From: Christensenellaceae bacterium
GTDB lineage: Bacteria; Bacillota; Clostridia; Christensenellales; Borkfalkiaceae
DNA: 64,000 bases
Assembly (NCBI GenBank): GCA_045536835.1
Contig: JAZSOI010000028.1
Location: 3,172-67,171 of the forward strand
Reading direction: 5' to 3'
How positions within the stretch are numbered: position 1 is the first letter of the stretch; the number at the start of each line of letters is the position of its first letter. Below are positions 1 to 10,731 of this stretch, in pieces. A model generated the notes under the pieces. That model did not search any database and was not told where the DNA came from. It saw only the letters and a program-made list of their open reading frames with translations. A program made the position numbers and the translations under genes.

Positions 1-1191
1 ACCATCATCGTTGCTGCGAACAAGATGGATAAGCCGACGGCGGATATCGAAAGGGTTAAGAAAGGACTTGCCGACCAAGAAATCTTAGTAGAAGAATGGG
101 GTGGTGACGTTGCTCTCGTTCCCGTATCTGCAAAGACTGGCGCGGGTATTGACGAACTTTTAGAAACCGTTATTATCTCCGCCGAAATGAAGGAACTTAA
201 AGCAAACCCCGACCGTATGGCTAAGGGTATCATAGTAGAGGCAAAACTCGACAAGGGCAAAGGTCCGGTTGCAACCGTACTCGTTCAAAAGGGTACTTTA
301 AAAGTTGGCGATTATCTCGTTGCCGGCACTATTACTGGTAAGGTTAGAGCGATGGTTGACGATAAGGGTAGAAACGTAAAGACTGCAGGTCCTTCAATGC
401 CCGTATCTATACTCGGTTTAGAGTCTGTTCCCAACGCAGGCGACAGTTTATTTGCCGTTGAAGAAGCAAAACTCGGCGCACTCGTAGCAAGCGAGAGAAA
501 GAATAGAGAAAGAGAAGAAATGATTAGAGAACAACAAAAGATTTCTCTTGACGATTTATTCTCTAAGGTGTCTTCCGGCGACCTTAAAAACCTTAATCTT
601 ATCGTTAAAGCAGACGTTCAAGGCTCGGTTGAAGCGATTAAGCAATCTATGATTGAACTTTCCAACGAAGAAGTAAAGGTAAACGTTATTCACTCGGCGG
701 TTGGTGCAATTTCCGAAACGGACGTAAACCTTGCAGACTCTTCAAATTCAATTATCATAGGCTTTAACGTTCGTCCTGACACCAAGGCGAAAGCGCTTGC
801 TGAACAAAACAAAATCGACGTTAAACTTTATAGAGTTATCTACGAGGCGATTGACGACGTTCAAAAGGCGCTCAAAGGTATGCTTGCACCCAAGTTTAGC
901 GACGTTTATATGGGTAAAGCCGAAGTTCGTGAAACCTTCAAAATTACAGGCGTTGGCACGGTTGCAGGTTGCTACGTAACCGACGGTAAGATCGTAAGAA
1001 ACGGCAAACTTAGAATTTATCGTGACGACGTTATGATTTGTGAAGGAAACGTTCTTCAACTCAAGCGTTTCAAAGACGACGTTAAGGAAGTTCAACAAGG
1101 CTTTGAATGCGGTATGTCCATTGAAAAGTTCGACGATATAAAAATCGGTGACTTTATCGAGTGTTATATCGTAGAAGAACAAAAGGCGTAA
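1..1191 (+). CDS. infB: Translation initiation factor IF-2, C-terminal part (5' end lies outside the window)
   Basis: Frame 1 is open from base 1 (TIIVAANKMDKP, NKxD G4 motif). IF-2 domain II and C-terminal domains run to the stop. rbfA-truB-ribF follow, the usual synteny. Confidence 0.95.
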   Translation, partial: TIIVAANKMDKPTADIERVKKGLADQEILVEEWGGDVALVPVSAKTGAGIDELLETVIISAEMKELKANPDRMAKGIIVEAKLDKGKGPVATVLVQKGTLKVGDYLVAGTITGKVRAMVDDKGRNVKTAGPSMPVSILGLESVPNAGDSLFAVEEAKLGALVASERKNREREEMIREQQKISLDDLFSKVSSGDLKNLNLIVKADVQGSVEAIKQSMIELSNEEVKVNVIHSAVGAISETDVNLADSSNSIIIGFNVRPDTKAKALAEQNKIDVKLYRVIYEAIDDVQKALKGMLAPKFSDVYMGKAEVRETFKITGVGTVAGCYVTDGKIVRNGKLRIYRDDVMICEGNVLQLKRFKDDVKEVQQGFECGMSIEKFDDIKIGDFIECYIVEEQKA

Positions 1192-1194
1192 ACT

Positions 1195-1575
1195 ATGAAA
1201 GGCAAGAGAACTGATAGACTCAACAGCGAGTTTAGAAAACTTATTTACGAAGTAATAAGCACTAGGCTTGATATTCAGGGCGCAACCGAGATGTATTCTG
1301 TAACGGAAGTTGACGTTTCGCCCGATTTAAAGCACGCCAAGGTTTATTTAAGCGTTTATTCAACGAGTGAAGAAAAGGCAAAGGCGACTTTTGACGCGAT
1401 TGCCCGCTCTTCCGTTGAAATTAGGCGCGAACTTTCGCGCTTAACTACTATTCGCTACGTTCCAGAACTAAGATTTTATCGCGACGGAGCGAGTGAATAC
1501 GGCAATAAAATCGACACCATTTTAGCAGGGCTTACCTACGGAGAAAACAATGACGATAGCGGAGATATCGACTGA
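1195..1575 (+). CDS. rbfA: Ribosome-binding factor A
   Basis: 126 aa directly after infB. RbfA-like sequence (RLNSEFRKLI...KVYLSV...IRYVPELRF). Confidence 0.9.
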   Translation: MKGKRTDRLNSEFRKLIYEVISTRLDIQGATEMYSVTEVDVSPDLKHAKVYLSVYSTSEEKAKATFDAIARSSVEIRRELSRLTTIRYVPELRFYRDGASEYGNKIDTILAGLTYGENNDDSGDID

Positions 1576-2503
1576 GATTTTAAAAGCGAAATCAGTTTTG
1601 ATTTTCAGCCATAATAGACCTGACGGCGATACCGTCGGCAGTGCAACCGCTTTGCGCCTTGCCCTTATCAAAAAGGGTATAAGCGCGGATTTAGCGTGCC
1701 ATTACGATATCCCCGAAAAGTTGAAATATATAAAATCAACCGAGCATTACTCTAAAACGGTTAGCAAAGATAAAGTTTACGATGCTTTTATCGCGGTTGA
1801 CTCGGCAAACGAGTATATGTTTACCGAACTTTACGGAAAGTTTTGCAAGCATAAAAACACTTTCAATATCGACCATCACGTTTCAAACACGAGATACGCA
1901 AAGTATAACTACGTTGAAGACTCGGCTGCAACTTGCGAACTTATTTACGAATTGATAAATAAGATGGATATCCAGATTGATAGTGAAATTGCAACGTCGC
2001 TCCTTACCGGTATCGTAACTGATACTGGTGCGTTTAACCACTCAAACACGACCGATAGGACGCTTTTAATTGCATCGCAACTTAAAAAGTTAGGTGCAGA
2101 TTTACACTACATTATGAAGAGAAACTTTAAAGACCAACCTAAACAAAGGGCGGTTTTATACGGAAAAGTTATTTCTAAGATGAGACTTTATTTAGATGAT
2201 AAAGTAGGCGTTTTGACGATTACTAGAAAGGATATTGAAGATAGTGGTGCGCTCGACAATATGACCGAAGGGTTTATCGATTATCCTATGACGGTTGAGA
2301 GCGTTGAAGTTGCTATATCGCTACTTGAAACTGGCAACAACAGATACAAAATAAGCCTTAGAAGTAAAGGAAAGGTTGACGTTAACGAGATAGCGTCCAT
2401 ATACGGTGGTGGCGGTCACGTTCAAGCGAGCGGAGCGTTAATTAACGGTTATATGGAAGATATCATTGATAAACTCGTGTTTAACGTTAAGCAAAGACTT
2501 TAA
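1550..2503 (+). CDS. nrnA: DHH/DHHA1 phosphoesterase (NrnA-like oligoribonuclease/pAp phosphatase)
   Basis: Motifs HNRPDGD, DHH and GGGH are present. Sits between rbfA and truB. Confidence 0.8.
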   Translation: MTIAEISTEILKAKSVLIFSHNRPDGDTVGSATALRLALIKKGISADLACHYDIPEKLKYIKSTEHYSKTVSKDKVYDAFIAVDSANEYMFTELYGKFCKHKNTFNIDHHVSNTRYAKYNYVEDSAATCELIYELINKMDIQIDSEIATSLLTGIVTDTGAFNHSNTTDRTLLIASQLKKLGADLHYIMKRNFKDQPKQRAVLYGKVISKMRLYLDDKVGVLTITRKDIEDSGALDNMTEGFIDYPMTVESVEVAISLLETGNNRYKISLRSKGKVDVNEIASIYGGGGHVQASGALINGYMEDIIDKLVFNVKQRL

Positions 2504-2506
2504 TTT

Positions 2507-3364
2507 ATGAATGGATTTATAAACTATTATAAGCCGAGTGGAATATCCTCGGCTTATGCTATAAACAGAATAAAAAAACTCTTTAAAGGTTGCAAGATAG
2601 GGCATATGGGCACTCTTGATCCGCTTGCGGAAGGGGTGTTACCGCTCGCGGTTGGAAAGTCCACTCGCTTGTTTGATTTTATGCTCGATAAACAAAAAGA
2701 GTATATCGCTGAGTTTACCTTCGGCTATCAAACTGACACGTTAGATAGGGGCGGAGTTATCGTAAAACAAGGCGGTAAAATTCCAACTAAGGAAGAGATT
2801 TTAAAGGTTATTCCGTCGCTCGTTGGAAAAGTTGACCAAGTTCCACCGCTATTTAGTGCAAAAAACGTAGGCGGCGCTAGGGGTTATACTTTGGCAAGGC
2901 GTGGAATTGAGTTCGTGTTAAAGCCAAAAACGGTTGAAATCGACGAGATTACCATGCTTGAACATTATGAAGATAAAGCCGTTTTCAAAATAGTTTGCAA
3001 AGGCGGAACGTATATTCGTTCAATTTGTAGGGATATGGCAACTTCGCTCAACACTTTTGCTACTATGACTGCGCTTAAAAGAACTAAAAGCGGAGCGTTT
3101 ACCTTAGAAAACGCATTTTACGAAGAAGATATAAAATCGGCTAACGACTTATCTTCTTTAATAATAAAACCAGATAGCGTTTTAACCTTACAAAAGGTTA
3201 CTTTAAACGAATATGAGTCGGTAGAACTCATTAACGGAAGACCGTTCGAGTTTGATTATAAAGACGGAACTTATTCCGTTTATTTATCAAACGGCGATTT
3301 TGTAGGGGTTGGAATAAGTACGGATAAAAAATTAAAGATAAAAGCGTTTATTTTAGATTTATGA
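2507..3364 (+). CDS. truB: tRNA pseudouridine(55) synthase
   Basis: GHMGTLDPLAEGVLPL catalytic-Asp motif. Synteny supports the call. Confidence 0.93.
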   Translation: MNGFINYYKPSGISSAYAINRIKKLFKGCKIGHMGTLDPLAEGVLPLAVGKSTRLFDFMLDKQKEYIAEFTFGYQTDTLDRGGVIVKQGGKIPTKEEILKVIPSLVGKVDQVPPLFSAKNVGGARGYTLARRGIEFVLKPKTVEIDEITMLEHYEDKAVFKIVCKGGTYIRSICRDMATSLNTFATMTALKRTKSGAFTLENAFYEEDIKSANDLSSLIIKPDSVLTLQKVTLNEYESVELINGRPFEFDYKDGTYSVYLSNGDFVGVGISTDKKLKIKAFILDL

Positions 3365-4233
3365 TGGTTGTAAATTACGGTGAAAAATTACCCGACAATT
3401 TAATACTTGCGCTCGGTTATTTTGACGCCGTTCACAAAGGCCACGTCGCCGTTTTAAAAAAGGCGGTTTTTATTGCTAAGCAAAACGGTTTCGTTCCAAC
3501 CGCGCTTATTTTTACTGGTGGAAAGTCTTTTGAAGACGTTTTTACTTTAAGTGAAAGAACGAGTAGAATTTTTGCCTGCGGTATCGAAAAAATCATAGTA
3601 AAACCGCTCGATAGGGCGTTTATGCAAAAAACAAAGGAAGAATTTTTAACTGAACTTAGTTTGCTTTATAATATTAAAGGCGTCGTAAGTGGCGTTGATT
3701 TCACGTTTGGGAAAGGCGCGCTTGGAAACGTTCAAACCTTGATAAATTTTTTTGGAAAAGATAGAGTTTTTACTGAAGAATTATTAGGAGATAACGAAGG
3801 TAAAATATCGTCTTCTAAAATAAAGGAATTATTATTAAAAGGCGAAATTGAAACGGCAAACTTTTTTCTTGGAAACGCTTACTTTATCTCAGGCGAAGTA
3901 GTTAAGGGAAAGGGGCTTGGAAAGACAATAGATTTTCCAACTGCAAATATTTTAATTAGCGACGATAAGTTCAAAATTAAACATGGCGTTTACAAAACTT
4001 TCGTATTAATTGACGGAGTTAGATATAATTCAATAACTAACTACGGCACTCAGCCCACCGTTTTAGGCGATAAAATGGTAGTTGAAACTTATATCGACGG
4101 TTTTAGCGGTGATTTATACGGCAAGACAATAACCGTTTACTTTGAAAGTTTTTTACGCGAAGTTAAAAAATTTTCTTCACTTGATAAATTAAAAGAGCAA
4201 CTAAGTATAGATAAAAGGTGTTTAAATGATTAA
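3361..4233 (+). CDS. ribF: Bifunctional riboflavin kinase / FAD synthetase
   Basis: N-terminal GYFDAVHKGH nucleotidyltransferase motif. C-terminal riboflavin kinase part (GxGLGxxxxFPTAN). Confidence 0.9.
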   Translation: MMVVNYGEKLPDNLILALGYFDAVHKGHVAVLKKAVFIAKQNGFVPTALIFTGGKSFEDVFTLSERTSRIFACGIEKIIVKPLDRAFMQKTKEEFLTELSLLYNIKGVVSGVDFTFGKGALGNVQTLINFFGKDRVFTEELLGDNEGKISSSKIKELLLKGEIETANFFLGNAYFISGEVVKGKGLGKTIDFPTANILISDDKFKIKHGVYKTFVLIDGVRYNSITNYGTQPTVLGDKMVVETYIDGFSGDLYGKTITVYFESFLREVKKFSSLDKLKEQLSIDKRCLND

Positions 4234-5071
4234 ATTCGGTCCTAGTGGAAATAGTGAAGCGTATCACGCAAGCGGATTTTCGGGAAGTTCAAACTCTGCA
4301 AAATGGGTAAAGGATATGGGGCTTTCTGCCTTTGAGTACTCGTTTGGAAGAGGCGTTAACGTTTCCGAGCAAAAGGCGATAGAGATAGGCGAGAGTTTTA
4401 AAAGCGCTGGCGTTGAAATAAGCGTTCATTGCCCGTACTTTATCAACTTTGCCGGCGTTGACGAGCAAAAGGTTGAAAATTCCTACGGCTACGTTTTAAA
4501 CTCGCTAAAAATAGGCAAACTTATGGGCGCGAAAAGGGCGGTGTTCCACCCCGCAGCGCAGGGAAAACTCGATAGGGAAACGGCTGTTTCGTTAACTAAA
4601 AAAAGACTTGAAATCTTAGCCGATAAAATAGTCGAAAACGGCTTTGACGATATGATAGTTTGCCCCGAAACTATGGGTAAATCGGCGCAAATAGGAACTG
4701 TTCAAGAAATAGTAGAATTTTGTAAAATTGCACCGTTTTACTATCCGTGCGTTGATTTTGGGCACGTAAATTCACTTTGGCAAGGCGCACTTAGAACGCC
4801 TAGCGATTACGTAGAAATTTTTGACGTCATTGAAAGTGGGCTCGGCTATCAAAAACTAAACGATATGCACGTTCACTTTTCAAAAATTATGTATTCGGCA
4901 AAGGGCGAGATAAAGCATTTAACTTTTGAAGATGCCGAGTATGGTCCAAACCCGGAAGATTTTATCATTGCGGTAAAGCAAAAGGGGATAGAACCTTACG
5001 TCGTTTCCGAGAGCGCTGGAACTCAAGATATTGACGCAAAAATAATGCAAGACTTATATTTTAACCATTAA
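4226..5071 (+). CDS. Xylose-isomerase-like TIM barrel protein, endonuclease IV (AP endonuclease family 2)-like
   Basis: 281 aa with metal-ligand-like H/D/E pattern (SVHCPYFINF, FHP, DFGH, HVHFS). The family call is approximate. Confidence 0.6.
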   Translation: MIKFGPSGNSEAYHASGFSGSSNSAKWVKDMGLSAFEYSFGRGVNVSEQKAIEIGESFKSAGVEISVHCPYFINFAGVDEQKVENSYGYVLNSLKIGKLMGAKRAVFHPAAQGKLDRETAVSLTKKRLEILADKIVENGFDDMIVCPETMGKSAQIGTVQEIVEFCKIAPFYYPCVDFGHVNSLWQGALRTPSDYVEIFDVIESGLGYQKLNDMHVHFSKIMYSAKGEIKHLTFEDAEYGPNPEDFIIAVKQKGIEPYVVSESAGTQDIDAKIMQDLYFNH

Positions 5072-5075
5072 AAAA

Positions 5076-5094
5076 CGCCGTGCTGAGCACGGCG
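5076..5094. terminator. Hairpin between convergent genes (CGCCGTGC-TGA-GCACGGCG), A-run on the left
   Basis: 8-bp GC-rich stem. AAAAA on the left gives a U-run for the minus-strand gene. The T-run for the plus strand is weaker. Confidence 0.6.
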
Positions 5095-5099
5095 TAAAT

Positions 5100-5840
5100 T
5101 TACGACTTTTTCGTTAGTTTTTTGAGCAAGTAGTATGCTCCGTATACTACCAGGCAAACGCCGAACACAGAAACAACTACCATCAACGGCATAATTTGGT
5201 CGGGTAGGAACGGGAAGATACTCTCTTCGATAAAGAACCAGTTATAACCTTTATCAAACATATTATTTCCAAAGAACGCCCAAACTAAGATTCCTAAGAT
5301 AAAGATAAACTCTTTCCAAATCTTTTTAATATCGAGAGAATCCGTTTTTAAGGTTAAGCAAGTCGCTCCCCAGCAAAAGAGTATTCCGTGGTACATAAAC
5401 GTTTGGAAAATTATATACGAGAACGGTGGTTGACCGCCAAGTGCAGAGCCGGGGTAGCACATCCACATAAGTGACGACGCTATTGAAAGCGTTATAACCG
5501 GAACTTTAATTTTTTGAAATTTTTTATTAAATTGAACGAACGGGACTAGCACCGCCATAATGGTGCATATATTAAAGGGTAGTTTATACGCGCTTATTCC
5601 GCTGTAACTATCGGATAACGGCATAATAAAAAAGTCCGCAACGTAGAGCCCGATAGTTAGGTAGGCTAAAATTCTAACTGTTTTTTCCTTAGTGGTTGAA
5701 GATTTGTTCTTGAGTAAAAACCATATAAGAAAAGTACCGCCGAAGATTATTGCTAGATATAAAAAGTGCCAACCGTCGAATAACCCTATGGATAACGACG
5801 AGTTGTTTTCACTAAACAACCAGTTAACGATTTTCTTCAT
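5100..5840 (-). CDS. Multi-pass integral membrane protein (YwaF/TIGR02206-like)
   Basis: About 7 hydrophobic segments. I place the start at MKKIVNWLF, preceded by AAGGGGGA. The ORF-track start at 5870 has no RBS. Confidence 0.55.
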   Translation of the reverse strand: MKKIVNWLFSENNSSLSIGLFDGWHFLYLAIIFGGTFLIWFLLKNKSSTTKEKTVRILAYLTIGLYVADFFIMPLSDSYSGISAYKLPFNICTIMAVLVPFVQFNKKFQKIKVPVITLSIASSLMWMCYPGSALGGQPPFSYIIFQTFMYHGILFCWGATCLTLKTDSLDIKKIWKEFIFILGILVWAFFGNNMFDKGYNWFFIEESIFPFLPDQIMPLMVVVSVFGVCLVVYGAYYLLKKLTKKS

Positions 5841-6001
5841 AAAATTCCCCCTTGTTTGTAACGAAATCATCTTTTATATTCTATCATATAACTAAAAAGA
5901 AATCAACAGCGAAAATTTCGTCGAGTTTTGTAGTTTTACAAAACTTTAACTAAAAATTAACCATTTTTTTATTTTTATGTGCTAATATATTATCAATACT
6001 T

Positions 6002-6763
6002 ATGAAAAATTTAAAGAGTTCTATTATAAAAATTTTAATATCACTACTCGTAGTTGCGGTCGTTATAGTGGGTGCGTATTTTGCACTTAAAGCGCTTGGA
6101 ATAACGGAACTATCGAGAGAGCAAATTCAAGCCTACGTTGAAAAGGCGGGAATTTTCGGTCCGCTAGTGTTTATAATAATCACTTTTATGCAAGTGCTTT
6201 TAAGCCCTATTCCGTCAACCGTTATAATACTCGTTGGCAACTATATTTTTGGACCGTGGCTATCGTTCTTGTATTTATATATAGGTATGATTTCAGGCTC
6301 GATAACCGCATTTTTCCTTGGAAGACTTGTGGGGAAGCCCTATCTTAACTGGGTGGCAGGCGGAAAGGAAAATTTGGACGCGTTGATTAAAAGGCTTAAA
6401 GGTAGAGAAAGGGTGTTTTTGTTCTTTATGTTTTTATTTCCCTTTTTCCCAGACGATATGCTATGCGCAGTTGCAGGTGCGTTGCCGATAACGTTTAGTT
6501 TTTTCTTCGCAACGCAACTTATAACTAGAATAGTTGCAATAGGCGGTAATTTACTCTTTTTATCGGGCGAGTTTATAGCGTACGAAGGCGTTGGGCTCGT
6601 AATTATTATAATCGCCGTAGTTATCGCACTTATTGCGCTTGTTCTATCTGTAATTTATTCTGAAAAAATCAATCAAATTTTTGATAAATTCATAGATAAA
6701 ATAACTCATAAACGCAAAAAGAAAAATAAAGAAAATGAGAAAGTATCAACCGAAGAAAATTAA
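6002..6763 (+). CDS. TVP38/TMEM64 (DedA-related, SNARE-associated) membrane protein
   Basis: Hydrophobic profile. The F(P/F)FFPDDxL motif region is typical of this family. Confidence 0.75.
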   Translation: MKNLKSSIIKILISLLVVAVVIVGAYFALKALGITELSREQIQAYVEKAGIFGPLVFIIITFMQVLLSPIPSTVIILVGNYIFGPWLSFLYLYIGMISGSITAFFLGRLVGKPYLNWVAGGKENLDALIKRLKGRERVFLFFMFLFPFFPDDMLCAVAGALPITFSFFFATQLITRIVAIGGNLLFLSGEFIAYEGVGLVIIIIAVVIALIALVLSVIYSEKINQIFDKFIDKITHKRKKKNKENEKVSTEEN

Positions 6764-8273
6764 ATATATTCCGCTTAGGTTCTTAGTTGCGATGCACTTA
6801 ATCGTTTTAGAGATTTTAGCGATTATAGGGCTCGTGGTTTTACTATGCTATTACGTTCCGTATTTTTATCTTCTTGCGCTTGCAACCCAAATTTCGTGCA
6901 TTATAAAAATTATAGCGTCCGACGATAATCCCGACTATAAAGTTCCTTGGCTTTTTATAGTTTTGATCGTTCCAGTTGCAGGGTTTATGCTTTACTTTAT
7001 GTTTTCTCAAAGAAAACTCAGCAGAAAGTTTAGAAGAAGGCTTAAACTTGCCTACGGAAACGGCTATAATTTAGATGATTCACCCGTGTTTGAAAATCTT
7101 AAAAATGCCGATAAAACCGCTTATAATCATTTTAAAATGATAAAGAATATGTCGGGTGCGAACTTATTTAACGCACAAGGACTAAAATACTATCCAGATA
7201 TTGAAGTTTTGCGTAAAGATTTGCTTGAAGATTTAAAAAAAGCGGAAAAGTTTATCTACTTGGAATTCTTCATTATTCAAAAGGGCGTATTTTGGGATTC
7301 CATTTTAGAAATCTTAGTAGAAAAGGCAAACAGCGGTGTAGAGGTTAAGGTTTTATACGACGATATCGGCTGTATGCAAACTCTTCCTGCAGAGTATGGA
7401 AAAGCGCTTAAAAAAGTTTCTATTGAGGCGTTGCAGTTCTCTCGATTAAAGGGTAGTGCGGACGGTGAGTTTAATAACCGCAACCACAGAAAAATGCTTA
7501 TAATCGACGGTCAAGTTGCCTACACCGGCGGTTTTAATTTAGCCGATGAATACATTAATAAAATCGAGAGATTCGGGCACTGGAAAGACAACGGTTTAAG
7601 GGTTGAAGGCGAGCCTGTTTACGAACTTACAAAACTCTTTACGGTAGATTATTCCATTAACACTAAAAGAGAATACTCTTTTAACCAAGATTTATATCCT
7701 AAAACTAACGCTTTAAAGACGAACGGTTACGTAATGCCGTTTGGAGATGGACCAAGGCCTGTGTACGAGCGTGAAGTTGCAAAATCTGCAATTCAAAATA
7801 TGCTCGCGTCGGCAAATGATTACGCGTATATTACAACGCCGTATTTAATCATTGATAACGACCTTTTAACCGATATAGAAAACGCTTCATTAAGGGGAGT
7901 GGACGTAAGAATTATAGTTCCGCATATTCCCGATAAAAAACTCGTGTTTACTATGAGTAGATCGTACTATCATAGGCTTATGAGTGCGGGCGTTAAAATT
8001 TACGAATACACGCCTGGGTTTATCCACGCAAAAACCTATCTCGTTGACGATAAGTACGCAATGATAGGAACGGTGAATTTAGATTATCGATCCCTCATTC
8101 ACCACTTTGAAAACGCAGTTTTACTTTACGATACCGACTGTATTTTCGATATAAAGGCGGACGTTTTGCAAACGATAGAAAAATCAGAACTCATTAAAAA
8201 AGAAAGCATTAAAAATAACCTTGTTCAAAGGTTTATATGTTCGCTAGTTAGAATTTTCGCCCCCATGCTGTAG
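6735..8273 (+). CDS. cls: Cardiolipin synthase
   Basis: Two N-terminal TM segments. Two HKD motifs (HRKMLIIDG and HAKTYLVDD). Confidence 0.9.
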   Translation: MRKYQPKKIKYIPLRFLVAMHLIVLEILAIIGLVVLLCYYVPYFYLLALATQISCIIKIIASDDNPDYKVPWLFIVLIVPVAGFMLYFMFSQRKLSRKFRRRLKLAYGNGYNLDDSPVFENLKNADKTAYNHFKMIKNMSGANLFNAQGLKYYPDIEVLRKDLLEDLKKAEKFIYLEFFIIQKGVFWDSILEILVEKANSGVEVKVLYDDIGCMQTLPAEYGKALKKVSIEALQFSRLKGSADGEFNNRNHRKMLIIDGQVAYTGGFNLADEYINKIERFGHWKDNGLRVEGEPVYELTKLFTVDYSINTKREYSFNQDLYPKTNALKTNGYVMPFGDGPRPVYEREVAKSAIQNMLASANDYAYITTPYLIIDNDLLTDIENASLRGVDVRIIVPHIPDKKLVFTMSRSYYHRLMSAGVKIYEYTPGFIHAKTYLVDDKYAMIGTVNLDYRSLIHHFENAVLLYDTDCIFDIKADVLQTIEKSELIKKESIKNNLVQRFICSLVRIFAPML

Positions 8274-8277
8274 TAAA

Positions 8278-8313
8278 AAAACGAAGCCGTTATAACGACT
8301 TCGTTTTATTTTT
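8278..8313 (+). terminator. Intrinsic terminator after cls
   Basis: AAACGAAG...CTTCGTTT stem followed by a T-rich run. Overlaps the 3' end of the convergent gene. Confidence 0.6.
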
Positions 8314-8901
8314 ATTCTTTTTAAATTTTGGGAGATACATCAAGATAAACGCAGTTTGGATAGGTATACCTACTAAGTAAACGTAAGACGCCGTCTTTAA
8401 AATTCCCATTAAAAATACCGCGACGGTAAGTAGAGTAGTCCAAATAACTGCCGAAATGGAAACAAACTGCATTAATAGGTTTTTATAAACGCAAGCAAAC
8501 ACCAAGTACAAGATAAACGTTACCGGAATTGCTACGATAAACGGAAGCCAAGATCTAACAACGCCTTCAAACGCAGAACTAAGCACTAAAAAAGAGATTA
8601 ACGCAACTAGCCAAACGATACAGTTAGCAAGCGTGGGTATCATAATCGACTTGATTTTAGTGGACGGCATTTTAACGCGTTTCTTCTCAGAGAGAAGATC
8701 GTTAATCGTAATGCCGAAGACGTTTGCTATTTGGTAAAGAACGAACGCTTCTGGCAAACTTTCACCGCTTTCCCACTTTGCAACCGCCTTGTCAGAGTAA
8801 TTAAGTTTTTCAGCAAGTGCAAGCTGGGTAAGGTTATTAAATTTTCTGTACTTCGCAATGTTACTTGCAACGATACAGTTAAATTGTTCCTTATTTTTCA
8901 T
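8290..8901 (-). CDS. XRE-family HTH regulator with C-terminal transmembrane domain
   Basis: Cro/C1-type HTH (NLTQLALAEKLNYSDKAVAKWESGES) followed by about 4 TM helices. Start taken at MKNKEQF (ATG 8901), not the track start at 9009. Confidence 0.75.
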   Translation of the reverse strand: MKNKEQFNCIVASNIAKYRKFNNLTQLALAEKLNYSDKAVAKWESGESLPEAFVLYQIANVFGITINDLLSEKKRVKMPSTKIKSIMIPTLANCIVWLVALISFLVLSSAFEGVVRSWLPFIVAIPVTFILYLVFACVYKNLLMQFVSISAVIWTTLLTVAVFLMGILKTASYVYLVGIPIQTAFILMYLPKFKKNKNKTKSL

Positions 8902-9064
8902 ATTTGTATTATACCTTTTTTCAAAAATAATTTCAAGTGTTTTTCGTGATGGGTTTATGAAAAACGATAGTAAAGAGATTTTTTTAGTAGAAAGACATTT
9001 TATAGCCAAAAATTAAGGTTTCACAGTTGACTTAATTATATAAATATGTTAATATAATTACATA

Positions 9065-10084
9065 ATGCGTGACTTTTGTGATAGCGCCGTTATTTTAACC
9101 GACGGTGATTTGATTTTTTATTACGCTAACTTTTACGTTGACGACGGGTATTTAGTTATCCACGGCGAAGATAAGTATTTGCTTACCGACGGTAGGTACA
9201 TTGAATCGGCAAAAAAGTTATCTAGCGCAGAGTGCTACTTGTTAGCGGAATTATCTTTAAAAGATTTGCTAGAAAAATTGCAAGTTAAAAAGGTTGGGCT
9301 CGTTTACGATTACACTAGCGCGAAAGTTTACGATGAACTTTCAAAAATTGGCTACGAGTTATTCGATTACACGGCTGATTACAATAAGATTTCGGCTATA
9401 AAGAGCGAAGGTCAACTTTCAAAGATAAAAAAAGCGTGTGAAATTTCAGAGCAAGCGTTTTTAAATACTTTGCCTTATATCAAAGAAGGCATAACTGAAC
9501 TTGAACTTTCCGCAGAACTTGAACACAACTTTAAAAGGCTTGGCGGTGGGGTTGGTTTTGAGACGATAGTGGCGTTTGGAAAAGGAAGTTCCGTCCCGCA
9601 CTATAAAACTGGCGACGTAAAGTTAACTAGAAACACGCCTATACTTATGGACTTTGGGTGTTCGTACGGTGGCTTTTTGTCGGATATGACTAGGACTTTA
9701 TATTTCGGTGAGCCAACCGAGAAGTTTTTAAGCGTTTACGAAGCGGTTAAAAACGCGCATTTAAAAGCGGTTAGCGAAATAAAATCGGGTATTTCTTGTA
9801 AACAAGCGGACGCCATTTCAAGAGATTATTTAAAAACTTATGATTTGCACGAATATTTTACTCACTCGTTAGGCCACGGCATAGGCGTTAAAATTCACGA
9901 GTATCCAACGCTTAACACAAGGTCAAGTACGGTGCTTGAAGATGGAATGGTGTTTTCAGTAGAGCCGGGCGTGTATTTAGAAGGCGAGTTTGGAGTAAGA
10001 ATTGAAGATACGGTAACGCTTAAAGGCGGTAAAGCCGTATCACTTATGACTACGGATAAAGAACTTTTGATTATCAAAGGTTAA
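9065..10084 (+). CDS. pepP: M24 family Xaa-Pro aminopeptidase
   Basis: Pita-bread fold metal ligands (DFG...[17 protein letters not shown]). Located upstream of efp, as in many Firmicutes. Confidence 0.85.
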   Translation: MRDFCDSAVILTDGDLIFYYANFYVDDGYLVIHGEDKYLLTDGRYIESAKKLSSAECYLLAELSLKDLLEKLQVKKVGLVYDYTSAKVYDELSKIGYELFDYTADYNKISAIKSEGQLSKIKKACEISEQAFLNTLPYIKEGITELELSAELEHNFKRLGGGVGFETIVAFGKGSSVPHYKTGDVKLTRNTPILMDFGCSYGGFLSDMTRTLYFGEPTEKFLSVYEAVKNAHLKAVSEIKSGISCKQADAISRDYLKTYDLHEYFTHSLGHGIGVKIHEYPTLNTRSSTVLEDGMVFSVEPGVYLEGEFGVRIEDTVTLKGGKAVSLMTTDKELLIIKG

Positions 10085-10118
10085 AAATAAAAATATTTTT
10101 CAAGGAGAAAATTTTAAT

Positions 10119-10679
10119 ATGGTATTAGCAGGCGATTTAAGAAAAGGCGTAACTATCGAATACGAAGGAAAAATCTTCACGGTCGTTGATTTCCTTCACG
10201 TTAAGCCGGGTAAGGGTGCAGCGTTCGTTAGAACGACGCTTAAGAACGTTGTTGACGGTAAGGTTTTACAAATTACTTTCAACCCGACTGAAAAGTTTGA
10301 AAACGCAATCATCGAAACTAAGAAGATGACTTATTCGTACAACGACGGAGAACTTTACTACTTTATGGACGAAGAGTACAATATGGAACCGCTTAACTAC
10401 GATCAAGTTGAAGACGCGCTTAAGTACGTTAAAGAAAACGATCCAGTTACTGTTAAATTTTACAAAGGTAAAGCGTTCTCTGTTGAATGTGAAAACTTCG
10501 TTGAACTCTTGGTAACCGAAGCAGAACCTAGCGTTGCAGGTAACACCGCAACTAACGCTACCAAGCAAGTTAAAATCGAAACTGGTCTTTACATTCAAGT
10601 TCCCATGTTCGTTAACGAAGGCGATATTATCCGTATCGACACTAGAACTGGCGACTACATGGAAAGAGTTAAAAAATAA
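10119..10679 (+). CDS. efp: Elongation factor P
   Basis: 186 aa with the [11 protein letters not shown] loop. Strong RBS AAGGAGA. Confidence 0.95.
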   Translation: MVLAGDLRKGVTIEYEGKIFTVVDFLHVKPGKGAAFVRTTLKNVVDGKVLQITFNPTEKFENAIIETKKMTYSYNDGELYYFMDEEYNMEPLNYDQVEDALKYVKENDPVTVKFYKGKAFSVECENFVELLVTEAEPSVAGNTATNATKQVKIETGLYIQVPMFVNEGDIIRIDTRTGDYMERVKK

Positions 10680-10688
10680 TTCGTTTTT

Positions 10689-10722
10689 ACCTGACAGAGT
10701 TTTTTAGTCTGTCAGGTTTTTT
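10689..10722 (+). terminator. Intrinsic terminator after efp
   Basis: 10-bp stem ACCTGACAGA/TCTGTCAGGT followed by TTTTTT. Confidence 0.8.
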
Positions 10723-10731
10723 GCATTTTTT

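Noticed and set aside
8288-8298. CCGTTATAAC in the cls terminator loop, resembling the 5' end of the repeat element
   Set aside because: It is a 9-10 nt match only. It lies within the 3' coding end of the convergent XRE gene, and none of the remaining element follows. It is probably chance.
8902-9009. N-terminal extensions in the ORF track (8290-9009, 5100-5870, 23696-24268, 39557, 43621, 49303, 51859, 54263, 55985, 57637, 62239, 16753)
   Set aside because: In each case an internal ATG is preceded by a good GGAGG-like RBS and coincides with the conserved family N-terminus. The upstream extension overlaps a neighbouring gene or promoter, so the shorter coordinates are reported.
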